From Pocillopora damicornis (taxonomy: Eukaryota), in NCBI RefSeq assembly GCF_003704095.1, contig NW_020845941.1, positions 186,001-250,000 of the forward strand: DNA of 64,000 nt, in the 5' to 3' direction. The position numbers were made by a program, and so were the translations under genes. The notes under the pieces were generated by a model, which ran no database searches, had not been told where the DNA came from, and saw nothing but the letters and a program-made list of their open reading frames with translations. Numbering within the stretch: the stretch's first letter is position 1; each line of letters starts with the position of its first letter. Below, in pieces: positions 26,101 through 45,315 of the stretch.

Positions 26101-27069
26101 GTAAACTGAGCCTACCTTCCAACTTGTATTCTGAGAACAATCTCTTATTCTGTCACCTGTTTGCAGCAAGTAGAGTTTCCCACTTCCATCACACAAACAA
26201 GCCAGAGATTGTGAAGGAAGAAACAGTGTTGAGTTCAAGCTTTCTTCAGTTTTTTCTACTGCCGGTGTTTTGAATACTGTATCAATGGATGAAACATCTG
26301 TGTCCTTAAAATTATAAAGAGACACAAGTTAGATATTTTTTATCATTTTAAGTTGCATATTTAGATTTTCAATCCCTCTATGAGCATTCCAACCTTGTAT
26401 TAAAACAAAAGTAAATTAAATAAACATTTAATATTCAAACTATTGCACATTTTTTAAGTATAACTTCAAAATTTATTTCAATCGTTTTCCATGCCAATTT
26501 CAAAATCTCGGTAACAAAGGTTATGGGTCAAATCAGATCATCAAAATAAATAATCAAAACAGGACAATCTAGTTGACAACTTTGTCTGTTGTCATCGTCT
26601 GTCTGCTGAATCACTACTTAGAGTTCAAGAGTTAACTATTGGGAAAAGGTTCTGATGCTCCATCAAATTCTCCTTACCCACACGAGAGGAAACTGACAAA
26701 GAGCTTCACGTTTCACAAACGTTCAAGGAAACAATTTAACATTATTTTCACCTTTCGATGTTTTTCATCGTATCTCACGATTTTACTTATTGGTTCACTT
26801 ACTTTGACAACTGCCCTTTCAACTTCGTAGTTTTCATTAACGAAATAAACAACTTCAGTTTTCCCGCCATCAGTCCAAGAGTCAATCACCAGATGGTTAT
26901 GATTTCCAAAGGCTCGAATGTGTTGAAGGGAAAACGACTCCTCTCTGAGCGGTACATTATTCACTGAAGAAAGTAATCTAGTGGACGACAGTGTCAGGGG
27001 GTCCAAAGCTAGTTTATAACCTTCAAATTTTGGATTCAATAGTTGCCGATTTGGACGAAGAGACTCCAT
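23138..27069 (-). CDS. NUDCD1: NudC domain-containing protein 1
   Basis: MESLRPNRQLLNPKFEGYKLALDPL N-terminus, CS/p23 domain YKWSQDSEDVTVKF, EECD motif and C-terminal HTGTFNALGYVQAAKRDRKF. Exons about 27069-26803, 26304-25800, 25317-25035, 24182-24057 and 23548-23138. One exon is probably lost in gap 24327-24426. Confidence 0.9.
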
Positions 27070-28937
27070 CGTGATCTTCTCACCAGACTCTCACAGAGAT
27101 TTCGAACGAGGAGGCAGTCTGGGACGGTGACAAATTGCCAAATATCATGGAAGTGATATGGAGGTAGAAAGTTCAGGAAGAGCAAGGCGAAGATAAAAAT
27201 GGCATGAAAACGATCATACAATCTCTTTTAAATAACAAATAGTGTAGCTTAGTGGCTACTATATGTTGGATCTCTTTCTGAGGTGAAGGCCGTACCAAAA
27301 ATTTCTGTGACGTGCATGCGACGAATGAATTTCTAGCTGACACTCGACAAAGGGCACTTTTTAATGAGCCAATATCTCGACCGATAGCACAGCTGTATTA
27401 GTCTCCTTTCGAGCCTTTGTTACTGTCGACTGTCGATGTTAAGACGATGGAACTCGTTTGATATATTCATTCAAATTACGTAGTGCTAACCTTCGATTCA
27501 GCTCGTTCCTTTTCTCACTAAACGTTGGGGAGAAAAAATTTCTCAATGTACGTCGCTGAAGTGCCCGACGAATTCAGTAGAGCTTGATGGAAAACGAATG
27601 TGAAGAAGAAAACAACTTGAAAGGAAATTATCGCTTCTAAACTATTAAAATCTGGAGACTTGGCTATTGCCATACACTGTGAACACTGATAATTTGACAT
27701 TGTTTCTCATTTCACAGTCAAGAGTTCGCAGCATGATATAACGATTTTTGACACTCTAAAATTGTATGGTTGGTTAATTTATATTAAAGTTATGCTATGT
27801 TAGAAACAATAACGAATATTGCATCAGTTGTTTTAGTACAAGTGATTTATTTCAATCGGACTTGTTCGAATAATGTAGTCAAAGTAGTCAAAAGGGTTAT
27901 GACGTGCAGTGCAGTTCCTGTGGTCGCCGCACGAAAAATGAAAAATTAAAACTTTTCCTCTCAATGATAAGATCTCCTGAAAAACAAATATATTGATTCT
28001 TAGGGAAAAAAATGATAGTTAACAAGTGTGATATCGAGCACGATTAATTTAGCATTACCGGTAGTCTACTATCGTTAATTAAAATACTCGCGACGGCCCT
28101 CGTAAATAATTTCATACTACACTGCTCTCCGGAATGTAAAATCAGAGAAAAGTACACCAAAGAAACCTTATTTTTTTCCATCTGGTGTTCGAAATGATGG
28201 GTAAAAAAGTTATGAAAAGATGTCCTATCTCGACCAGCCGGTGTACAAACACCCCCTCCCCCCCCCACAAAAAAAAATCTGGGACGGGAAGGGGAGGAAA
28301 GGGGGCGGCTGCTATGCCAGAGCGAAATGCTCAAGATACTAGAGCGAATTTAATGAGCCGCACCCCTTCCGTTGCTATGATATGACACGTTCCAGATGAC
28401 ATAAATTTATTACGCCGCATGAGTTCAGTATCGCATAAATTCATCATAAGATGTCCTGTTGAGTATCGCAGCGGCAGACACCGTGACAACCTTCGTAGAG
28501 ACACAGAGTGAGAAATTGTAATAAGAGAATATCATACAATAATGTTTAAGTGCGGTTTATTGCGGTCTCCTCAAGAAAAACTGTTGTCACTAACGCCACT
28601 GAAATTTGCATTTTGCCTGTTCAAAGACATCATGTGTTACCGCAGCAGGATTTTTATTGGTTAAGCTTTTATTTAGCTTTGTCTTTCGCACAATAGCTTT
28701 CAGGTGTCGAGTTTTACCATGATCACCAATAAACACCATCAACAACATTCGATGGCTAGCCTTAATGACGTCACAAAAGCACTACTGTATATGGATGTGA
28801 GCCTATTGTTGACACACGAAGCCTCGCATAAATTAGTCGTTAAATAAAACCGCGCCACAATCTCCCCGACGACATTTTGCAAACTTGAAGACAAGGGAAA
28901 GTAGAACCTTCAACGTTCGCTGAAAAAATTTTCAAAG

Positions 28938-32403
<3,466 letters not shown>

Positions 32404-33066
32404 ACTGTGTGAAGACATAAAGTAACAATTCGCAGGAAACACATGAACTTTTTCTTATCTAGAAAGTAAACAGGATGTTCTAACTGCTTACCTCGTTTCA
32501 GTAGAACCACTGGTTTTGTTCTATCAAATAACTAAACTTGAAAACCTCTTTTCAGCTTTTTTTTTTCATAAAATGTAGATAGAACCTTGAAACACTCTGA
32601 AAATTTGATTCCGTAGTAACCGAATTTAAACTTGTCTTTCCGTATTTTAAATTGTGAACGGTTTTTGGTCAATAAAGACAACAAATTCCTGCAACATAAT
32701 TATCTTCGTCTTTTCTCTAAATTTTCTGAATATTTGCGTTTGCGACCTGCGTCATACGAGAGAGAGGAAGAAAGGTATCGTGTAGGGCTGCACGGTAACA
32801 CTTTGAAGAGCAAAATAAATTGCTCCACTACGACATTCACGCCGCTCAATGGGTGGAGTGCCCCATAAGTTCTTGTGAAGGATTCCTGTGGCCCATTCCA
32901 AAAATGCATTGCCACCCTGATAAAAATCCTAGGGGTAATAGGGTGGAAAGGGAGCAAAACTCGTTGCAAGAGGCTACTCGAGGTTTATCCTGTGTACTAT
33001 TCCTTTTCAAAATACAAGAATATCTTAAAACGTCTTCATGCCCTGAAACAGCCTTATCGCGTGCTA

Positions 33067-34053
33067 GGGGCGCCAAACCAGTCCATATTCTCTTTGTATT
33101 TCTGTGTCCCAGTTTACTTTTTATGTGGTCAATTCGACTTTTTATACGGTCAACTTTTTACTTCATAGATGGTCAACTCAAATTTTTTATGGTCAACTTT
33201 TTCCTTTTTATATCGGTCAGTGTAAAATTTAGACTGCAGACCGCAGACTGAGGGTAAAATGCGGAGTCTCTTCTAAAACAATCAACCTTTTATGACCGCG
33301 TTATTGACCTGATCGTGAAGCGCAAGAGCGAAGCGTTGAATGTCTTGAAGCTTCTGATACAAAGGACCATTCCAAAATCACGCCTACCTTCGCAGCACAA
33401 AACGAAGGTACGATAAACAGGTTTTTATCGTCCAAGTAATCGAAATTGCCCATGTGCAAAGAAAGTCTATCGCTACTACTTTTAAGGCCGCACAAAGTAT
33501 ACATGAGCTACATGTATGTTAAAGTAACCTAATGTTACTCAGCAGAACTGTTTATTCCTTATATGATGAATAGAGGAAATGTGTTTAGCTAACTGTGAAC
33601 TGCATATTCCAACACTAACGTTTCTAATTGTTGTTACCTCAAGAACAATATGTCAACGCCAAAACGAGGACGTGAAGTTCGAAACATCAATCCTCATGAC
33701 GATTATTGCCAGCCTCTCACAACTTACGCGGCCTCGATCCCAGCTCACTCTTAAAGTTTTTCCGGGGAAGCGGGTCGTTTTTGAACCGAGTCAGCATTTT
33801 ACCCCTGGTCTACAGTCTTCAGTCTGCATTTTACCTACAGTCTACGCTTAACTCCCGGTCTACAGTCTGCAGTCTGAAATCTGCAGTCTGCCCTTGACAC
33901 TGACCGATATAAAAAGTAAAAAATTGACCGTATAAAAAGTAAAAAGTTGACCGTATAAAAAAAAAGTTGACCTTATAAAAAGTCGAACTCACCATATAGA
34001 AAGTAAACTGAGTCACAGAAACACAGAGGGAATATTGACTGATTTGGCGCTCC
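33067..34053. mobile_element. Foldback-type element with about 200-bp modular inverted arms
   Basis: GGCGCCAAACCAGTCCATATTC...CGGTCAGTGT is mirrored by ACACTGACCG...GAATATTGACTGATTTGGCGC. GGTCAACTTTTT and CAGACTG subrepeats. Confidence 0.75.
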
Positions 34054-34454
34054 ATATACCATGGCTTGTAATAAAGCAAACCCGGTGTAGAAACGATTTG
34101 AGAGTTTACTATCCTCACAATACAGCGCAATTAAAGTTATTACAGTCATGGTCATACGCTGTAAGTAGCTGGGAATATACTTAAATCGAGAACTGTAGGA
34201 ATTTGTAAAGAAGGAAAAATGGCTTAACATGAAGAGAACGTTTGATCGAGCGAAAAAAATTTGAGCAGGAAAACCCCTCCAAGTTCACTTTAATTTTTAG
34301 CGCCGTGTTTAACGCGGCTCGCGCTGTTTTCGCGCGCTTTTCGTTTATTCGCCAGTCATTACAAATCTCCATGGTAATGTAATACGTCAGAAACCACTGA
34401 CGCGTTTTACAACATCAAAAGACAACCAGTTTTTCCTTGAAGTGTGTGTCGTGA

Positions 34455-37217
<2,763 letters not shown>

Positions 37218-38718
37218 GAACTCCTCTTATTTCTTGAGATCGTTTCCACTGTAAAGGATATTACTTAAAGGGCTGTTATTAAAGTTTGATGTATTTTTGA
37301 ATTGCGTTTTTATGGTATTGATTCATCGAGGCAAAAGTAAATATAGTCCAATATATTTGAATTGGAAACAAATGTGCCAGGAAAGTTAAGAGCAGCTCTT
37401 CCGTAAAAGAAGAAACGAGATGTTTCGGTAGGACCTTAATGGCTGTGGAAAATTAAATTTTTGTATATTTGAGTGTAGTGTGATTTGCCAGATATTGCCG
37501 TTATTGTAACATGTGAAACTCTTAGAGAATCTGTATTTGTTAAAACTTAGTAGTGGCAATAGCACTGAAGAAAACATACGTTTTCGTGCGATATTAGAAT
37601 TTTCATGATTATGTCAAAAGCCTAGATATTGGGCTACTTTTTATCGATAAATGCCTGAAAACCTGAAAGTATAGGAAAATATTCCAGAAAAAGAGTCACT
37701 TTTTAATCTGTCGCGAGGAATGATGTGGATGACTCCAGTTGAACAGAGAGGAGCTGAAGATATCTTGCATAGTTCCAAACGTTTGCATTTCTGCGTTCGT
37801 ATGTTTTCAGGGATGGCTTTTCATCCTCTGAAGAGTTAACGAGACCCTTTTTTTCTCACATTTTTCTCTGATAAAAATTTTAATATTTGACAAAAAGAAG
37901 AAGACTGAGCTGAGGAAAGAAAAAAAGAACTGCCCATCCTTTCTCTTCAATAGCAGCGCGCGGTAGTTTGGACATCAGTCGCTCTCAATTTTCTGGACAC
38001 ACGGGCCGGGTCTTGACTTGCGCCTGAAATTTAGGAGAGTAAGCTCGCAATCAATTACGAGTCACTAAAGCAAGGAAGTCAAAAACGTTTTACAATAACA
38101 TCGACAGAATGAGAGTCGAGCCAATACACGGAATGAACGGAGGAATGCCAAGATTTGACTCAATTCGCGACTGACTGCAATATAATTTCATACGTCAGCA
38201 AAGTTGCCCGCAAAAATATAATATCACCCGCTGGTTTAAGGAAGGATGCACCCGAGTTGCTGAACTCTCCTAGTTAGAACCAGAATTTCCATTCGAGCTT
38301 TTGACAAAGGATGAGAGAACTTCTCGCGGAGAGTATTTTTTTCTCTTCTTTTATCACATTCTTCTTAAATATTTGAGTTGGTTTGACTTTGATTGAAAGG
38401 GGGAGCAGGAAAACAAAGTGTACATATGGTAGTGTAAGAGACCCGGGTGAAAACAACCAGCCGGAAGTGTCTAGGGCATGGAAACGAGGGTTTCGACAAA
38501 ATTCAACAAACCTACCGGTTTCTGGTTCCTGTTTTAGTTCACGCACAGATTTTGAAAGAACAGATAGAGGAAAACATTAATTATTGATATTATCGCACAA
38601 GACGCAGATTTATCAATAGTCCGGTCGAACGGGCTAGATAGAGGCTGATTTCCGACAACGAAATGAGCCCAAACTGTGGGTTCATGCGAGGGAAAGACGC
38701 CTCGTGCTTCTCAATGTA

Positions 38719-41700
38719 ATGCGGGAAATTATCAACGTCCAAGTCGGTCAGTGTGGAAACCAAATTGGTTACAAGGTGGTTTGGTGTTCTGGCACTAATT
38801 TGCGTGTTGCTACGAAATTTAAAGGGGCTTTATTTCTTTTGTCTGTGGTTTAATTTTACACTTCGTAATCCTAAATGTCCGCTCTTGTCGCAGCTTTGGG
38901 AAATCATTTGCTCTGAACATGGAATAGACGAAGAAGGACGCTACATAGGGAACTGTAATTCCCAGTTGGAGAAAATTGATGTTTATTTTGCTGAGGGTTC
39001 TGGTGAGTAGTGAATGGTAATTCTGTTATCAAAAACTTCTTATTAAGTTCCCTTATCGTGGCCAAGTCGAATTCGTACTGTGATGCATGCTGTAAAAGTC
39101 TGAATAGTGCTGTATTTAATTTTGAGTCTTTCATTTTTTCCGGGTAGAAAGTAGATATGTACCACGGTCTGTTCTTGTCGACTTGGAGTCAGGTACGATG
39201 GACTCGCTTCGCTCTGCGCCGTTTGGAAAAGTTTTCCGACCCGATAACTTTGTTTTCGGTAAGTTTGGTTTTCACTTTTACAACATGTGAGTAGATTGTG
39301 TAATTAACGGGAACTTCATCGAAGAGATAAAACATTTTTGAATCAATATTGCCCCTCTTATTCTTGCGTTATTAAAATTTGAGACTTCATCGACTACTTG
39401 AAGGAATAAGATCAAAATTAAATCACGCATTTATAACTTTCCACTATCTTCAGCTGTTTTGTGCGTTTAATTGCAGCTAACCTTTCTGTATTTCATGCCT
39501 TTCTGTGCGTGACCCAGCTGACGCAAGAAACTCATTCAGAATTGTCGAACGAAAACTCAGCGTATTATGATAAAACAAATATAATTTAGTTTATTTTGAG
39601 AAATTTGGTTATTTTTCACAGTAAACTTCATTTTATTCAATATTATACATACATTTCTTTCCGAAGTGAGAATGCAACGATCATGTTAGTCTCGTTTAAT
39701 TATTGCTTCCTAACCGGCATTGTTATTTTGCTATCGTTACTATTCCTAAAACGCCTACAGCCAAATTTTTTCGCAAATAGGCACATTTGACATTTCCTCT
39801 TCACTCAATTTTCTTGAAAAAACTACATAAACAAAAAGCGTTTAATAATCGCTTCAAATTAGCGGTTTTCTTACGGTACTTGTCTTTGTTTACCTGTCAA
39901 AATCTTCAGAGAAGAACGCTAATTTGTTTCTCATCCGCACCACTAGCTTTTTCAGAAAAGACGCAATTTGCATTTTGTTTTGCAACGCACGACATGTCGT
40001 CAAGAGCCCGCGAAGAACATGCTAGTATGTAGGGAAATTTATTAGACTTCACGACACCTTTTGTTGTACAGACTTTTTGAAAGAATATTTAATAATCTTG
40101 GGCATCCTTTAGAAAAAGGCCGATTTTAAAAGCTTCGTATCAATATTTCTTTTTCTCTATAGGATCAACTGCTTTGAGAAATTTAGTGCTTGCCAAATTT
40201 CAACACAAATCAGCTGTGGCTTAGACGCGCATGATACGGCCAATTGAACACAGATATTAAATACCCCGGAGTCTTGCCCCATCAATAAACTGTTGTTTAA
40301 TAACTTATTAACAAAGAAAAAGAAAAAGCTAATTGACCCAGCTGATCCAGATTTATTGAACGATGTCGGCATAAACCTTAGAGGCTGAAACAGTTGTCTT
40401 CTGCTTTTGGCAGCTTATCTTGCCAAACCAGTTTTTGGATATAGAAACAACAGGCACTAGCCAATCGGCAGAATAAAATTTTACACTCGTGTTAACAAAT
40501 CATGCATGCCTCTCGTTCAATGCCTTGCGAACCAAGGAAGAATTCAGTCATCCTTATCTTTAAAACTAATTATGGCCTCCATTTGACCCGTGGTTTGAGT
40601 ATTACGACCTCTTTCATTGTGCTGTTTGTACGATTTCCAGTTTCAAAGCTCTGTTAGAGAAGATATATTTAGATTGTATAACACAACGCCTTTTTTCACA
40701 AATATATTCCAAGCCATTTCGCGTTACAATTGTGACACTGTTAAACGGGCCCAGTTGATTATTTCTGAGCTTCCTTTCGTTATTACTGACCTAACAGTAA
40801 GCAGGACGTTTTTCATGAAAGCGTGGTGAAAGTGGGAATACCCCGTCAAACTATGTTCAATGTAGCTCAGTGGTAGAGCGTCGGGCCGTGAAATCCCAAG
40901 GTCTACGGCTCGATTCCTCGTAGGGGGGCTCAGAATTTTCTGTTTTCCTTTTTTCCCACGCTCGTTACAAAAATGACATCAAAATTAATCGTATCTCAAA
41001 TGAGATGAGTAACNNNNNNNNNNNNNNNNNNNNNNNNNNNNNNNNNNNNNNNNNNNNNNNNNNNNNNNNNNNNNNNNNNNNNNNNNNNNNNNNNNNNNNN
41101 NNNNNNNNNNNNNNNNNNNNNNNNNNNNNNNNNNNNNNNNNNNNNNNNNNNNNNNNNNNNNNNNNNNNNNNNNNNNNNNNNNNNNNNNNNNNNNNNNNNN
41201 NNNNNNNNNNNNNNNNNNNNNNNNNNNNNNNNNNNNNNNNNNNNNNNNNNNNNNNNNNNNNNNNNNNNNNNNNNNNNNNNNNNNNNNNNNNNNNNNNNNN
41301 NNNNNNNNNNNNNNNNNNNNNNNNNNNNNNNNNNNNNNNNNNNNNNNNNNNNNNNNNNNNNNNNNNNNNNNNNNNNNNNNNNNNNNNNNNNNNNNNNNNN
41401 NNNNNNNNNNNNNNNNNNNNNNNNNNNNNNNNNNNNNNNNNNNNNNNNNNNNNNNNNNNNNNNNNNNNNNNNNNNNNNNNNNNNNNNNNNNNNNNNNNNN
41501 NNNNNNNNNNNNNNNNNNNNNNNNNNNNNNNNNNNNNNNNNNNNNNNNNNNNNNNNNNNNNNNNNNNNNNNNNNNNNNNNNNNNNNNNNNNNNNNNNNNN
41601 NNNNNNNNNNNNNNNNNNNNNNNNNNNNNNNNNNNNNNNNNNNNNNNNNNNNNNNNNNNNNNNNNNNNNNNNNNNNNCCTCCCCCGGCGATAAATAATGA

Positions 41701-44348
41701 CCGATCCCTTAACCCTTTAACTCCTATGAGTGACCAAGACAGAATTTCTCCGTACAACATCAATACAATATCAACCAGATAAGAGATGAGAATAAATAAA
41801 AATATCAATTAGGGGATTATAAATTGATGCAATACCGAATTCTCCAAACTAACATCACAAGAACTGTGTAGTAGACAGTAAGGAGAATTACTAATGAGAT
41901 CTTGGGAGTTAAAGTATTAATGTAAGTAGTTCGTATAGTGAAGTGCCCCACACACCGTTTATCCCCAGAGTAGACAGAGTATACAGAAACCTAAAGTTAA
42001 TTTTTTTTAACACAGGGGAATGTGGAGCAGGAAATAACTGGGCGAAAGGTTTTTACACAAATGGATGCAATCTCTTGGAAGAGGTCTTGGACGCGGTGCG
42101 AAAAGAAGCCGAGGGATGTGACTCGATCCAGGGCTTCCAAATTGCCCATTCCCTGGGCGGCGGCACGGGATCTGGGCTCGGTACTCTGATACTTTACCAT
42201 CTACAAGAGGAATATCCAGATCGCATTCTGAGCGCCATCAGTGTTTTTCCTTCGCCGAAAGTTTCTGAGATTGTTATTGAACCTTATAATGCCACTCTAG
42301 CTGTTCACCAGCTGATTGAGACCACTGATGAAGTGTTCTCGTTTGATAATGAAGCGCTTTACGATATTTGTTTTAGGACGCTTAAACTTGGCACCACAAC
42401 GTACTCGGATCTGAATCATATCATATCGACGACCATGAGTGGGGTTACCACCTGTCTTCGTTTTCCCGGACAGGTGAGTTCAAGGTGTAAAGAGGTCCTT
42501 CAAATAGAGCAAGTCAGGTTCCCTTAAGTGTCAAAAGTAGTCCGGGATTGAATTGCTAGTTTTTTTTTACTACGTTCTGTGATTGGTAAAGAATACTAAC
42601 TCCACCTTCTCAACCAGTCAGTCACACCATATTAAAATAATGGCTACCCATGACTGGATTGTTACCTTGCTCGTTCACATATATTTGCTTTGGATTCTCG
42701 CCAGCTTCACCATGCGAAGTTCACCCTAGCTCTGATCGGTCTTTGTAATTACTTTGATCAAGGAGTGCTTTGCGGTAGAGTGAAGTAAAACCAAACCAAA
42801 ATTATCGTACTGTGTAAATCACACGGAACCAATGAGAACTTACATAAACCTCCTGCGGCCCCTAGAGCGTGAGTTGTCTGGTCGCAGATGGTTTTAATTT
42901 CGTTCTGATTGATTGAGAAAGTGACTTGAATGTTATTGATCAATTAATTGGTAGAGTGGAGCAAAACTGACGCAATGACGTAATGCAAAAGAAATTTTAA
43001 TCCTCACAGTGCGTCTCCCTTGAATTCAGGTTGTGGAATAAGCCTAACTCGACTTGTTTTTCTAGTTGAACGCGGACATGCGCAAATTGGCCGTGAACAT
43101 GATTCCTTATCCACGCCTTCATTTCTTTATGCCTGGCTTCGCACCGCTGACCAGCAGGCAGTCACAGATTTTCCGCAATCTGACAGTTAGTGAACTGACA
43201 CAGCAAATTTTTGACGCTAAGAACATCATGATTGCATGTGATCCTAGAAATGGTAGATACCTTACCTATGCCGCTATGTTTCGCGGCAAAAAGTTATCAA
43301 TGAAGGAAGTTGAAGACCAAATGAAAAGCGTTCAGGACAAGAACTGCGGACATTTTGTGGAGTGGATTCCACATAATGCTAAAGTTGCGGTTTGCAATGT
43401 TCCTCCACACGGAATGAAAATGTCGGCCACATTCATCGCGAATAACACAGCTATACAAGAACTTTTTAAACGACTCAATCTGCAGTTTAAGGTTATGTAT
43501 CGCAGGAGAGCATTTTTGCATTGGTTCACTGAGGAGGGAATGGACGAGATGCAATTTAAACAGGTGAGAAATTTTTTCTTGATTAAATTGCTATCGCTGA
43601 TGTGTTGGGAATATTTTTGAGTTACCGTTCCGAGGGGGGAAAATATTGCAGGGACACTCTCTGTGGTCGGAACATCTCTATTTAGGGACACATTTCTTCT
43701 GGCTTTGGGTGTGTCACGAATGAAGGTTCCATTTTACTATCACCGTCATCGAAGGGACATTCTATAAAGAGGGCACTTTTTCTAATCCTGAGTGTGTCCT
43801 GATTGGAGTTTTCGTTTCATCTGTTACCTAATTAAGGAGATACTCCACGTTTAGGTAACACTTTTATGAGTCCCGAAGAGACGCTCTACTGTAATTTAGA
43901 GGTCTGGATAAATTTTGCACTTTGAACAAAAAGCGCAACTTTTGTCCCCTTAAGGACGGTCACATGGACTTTTCCCTTTCCCTAGGAAGAGCTTAACCAG
44001 TGGAAGGTGTGGTTACATATTGATTATTGCGTTCAGCTGATTTGTATGAGCAAGAGATACTCGAAACTGCTTCATGTTTTTGATGCATGATTAAGATTTT
44101 GAAGAATGGACGGACTTGCTTTTGAATTTCTTCAATGTCGCTTTTTCTCTTTGCAGGCGGAGTCTTGTATGTTGGACGTAATTTCTACGTATCAACAATG
44201 TCAGGATCTTAAAGTCGATACAAGTCTTGATAACTTAGAAATTACGGACTTAGAAGAGTTTGAGGATTCTCTCGAATCATGGGACTGTTTAGATGGTCAC
44301 GTGAACGGTCGCGCGAACAATTTGCCTCTCGTGACAGCCGGTCAGTGA
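38719..44348 (+). CDS. Divergent beta-tubulin, copy 3 (7 exons, intact frame)
   Basis: Exons start at about 38719, 38894, 39148, 42016, 43066 and 44157, at the same intron positions as the neighbours. [36 protein letters not shown] and [17 protein letters not shown] (beta-type Lys). Atypical tail. No frameshift or premature stop seen. Confidence 0.9.
40860..40985 (+). mobile_element. tRNA-headed SINE
   Basis: TAGCTCAGTGGTAGAGC (A box) and GGCTCGATTCC (B box) followed by a non-tRNA body. No good cloverleaf. Confidence 0.6.
41709..41920. mobile_element. TTAA-MITE copy
   Basis: TTAACCCTTTAACTCCTATGAGTGACCAAGACAGAATTTCTCC...GATCTTGGGAGTTAAAGTATTAA. Other diverged copies are near 1220, 3385, 13190, 16340, 19445, 21880, 25395, 48380, 52385 and 63720. 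Confidence 0.75.
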
Positions 44349-45315
44349 CTGTTTGACCAATAAAGATTGCTTTGGTTTGCCTTATTTTTGCATTTAAGGC
44401 ATGAGGCGCCATATTTGGCGTTCATGACAACCGTAGTATTTGGCGTTTATGAGTAACGTAATATTTCCTGTTCGATCACACTAGTTTAACAAATAAATAA
44501 AATCTTTTTCATATAAGTGCTCTTTCTATTTGTTATAATTTATCTATAACTTTAAGTTCTCATTTCAAGACCCGTGTCGAACCATTGATCCACCCCTGAT
44601 GAATCTTGAAAACTACCGAAAAGGTTCGTGATCTTTGGAGGATATCGGTAGCAAAAAAAACTACAACACAACTGCATCTGTATTTCAGATGGCAAGAGAC
44701 AAGCCGACGTGACTCAGACCGCGCGGAAGGAAGATTGTGAATGGGGGGGGAGGGGAGAGAAGGGGCTGTAGTCCCTTCCATTCTCACGCACCGATGTCAT
44801 TGACAATCAAAAAGTTAGAAAACTATTCCATGAAAATTTGATGCAAAAAAATTTGCAGCTGCCACAACTAACAGAGGTAGAGAGTGACACGATTTTCAGT
44901 TCTGGATTGTGTTTGTTTAATTCGTAATGTAGCGTGATATACAACAGGATGCACTGATAGTACTTTCCGTTTTCGCGCACCCTCAGATAATTTAGGGCTC
45001 CACCATTACATGTTGTAAATCAGTTGCGAAAAAAACTTTCAAGATTGGAACAATAGGCTGTCATTGTATCAAACTTATCATCCAATATGAGTTCTTCAAC
45101 TTACACGGCTACAACTGGTCCAAGAATTGTTATTTCTTTTCTTCAAATTCTAGAACATTAATTTTTCCAATCACACTTTTGTTTCAAAACCCTATATTCA
45201 GCGGGGGTTCGAGAACTCCTTCCACCAGCGGCTGTCAGTAGTGTGATGATGGCTGTGCCCGAAAAGGGACCGAGAGCCTGCCTGGAGGCTAAGCAGACGG
45301 CTAAAGATGTCTTAG

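Noticed and set aside
40860-40930. tRNA gene
   Set aside because: A and B boxes are present, but the acceptor and anticodon stems do not pair well and it continues into a SINE body.
40996-41808. Long ORFs of 230-270 aa
   Set aside because: Artefacts of the N-run.
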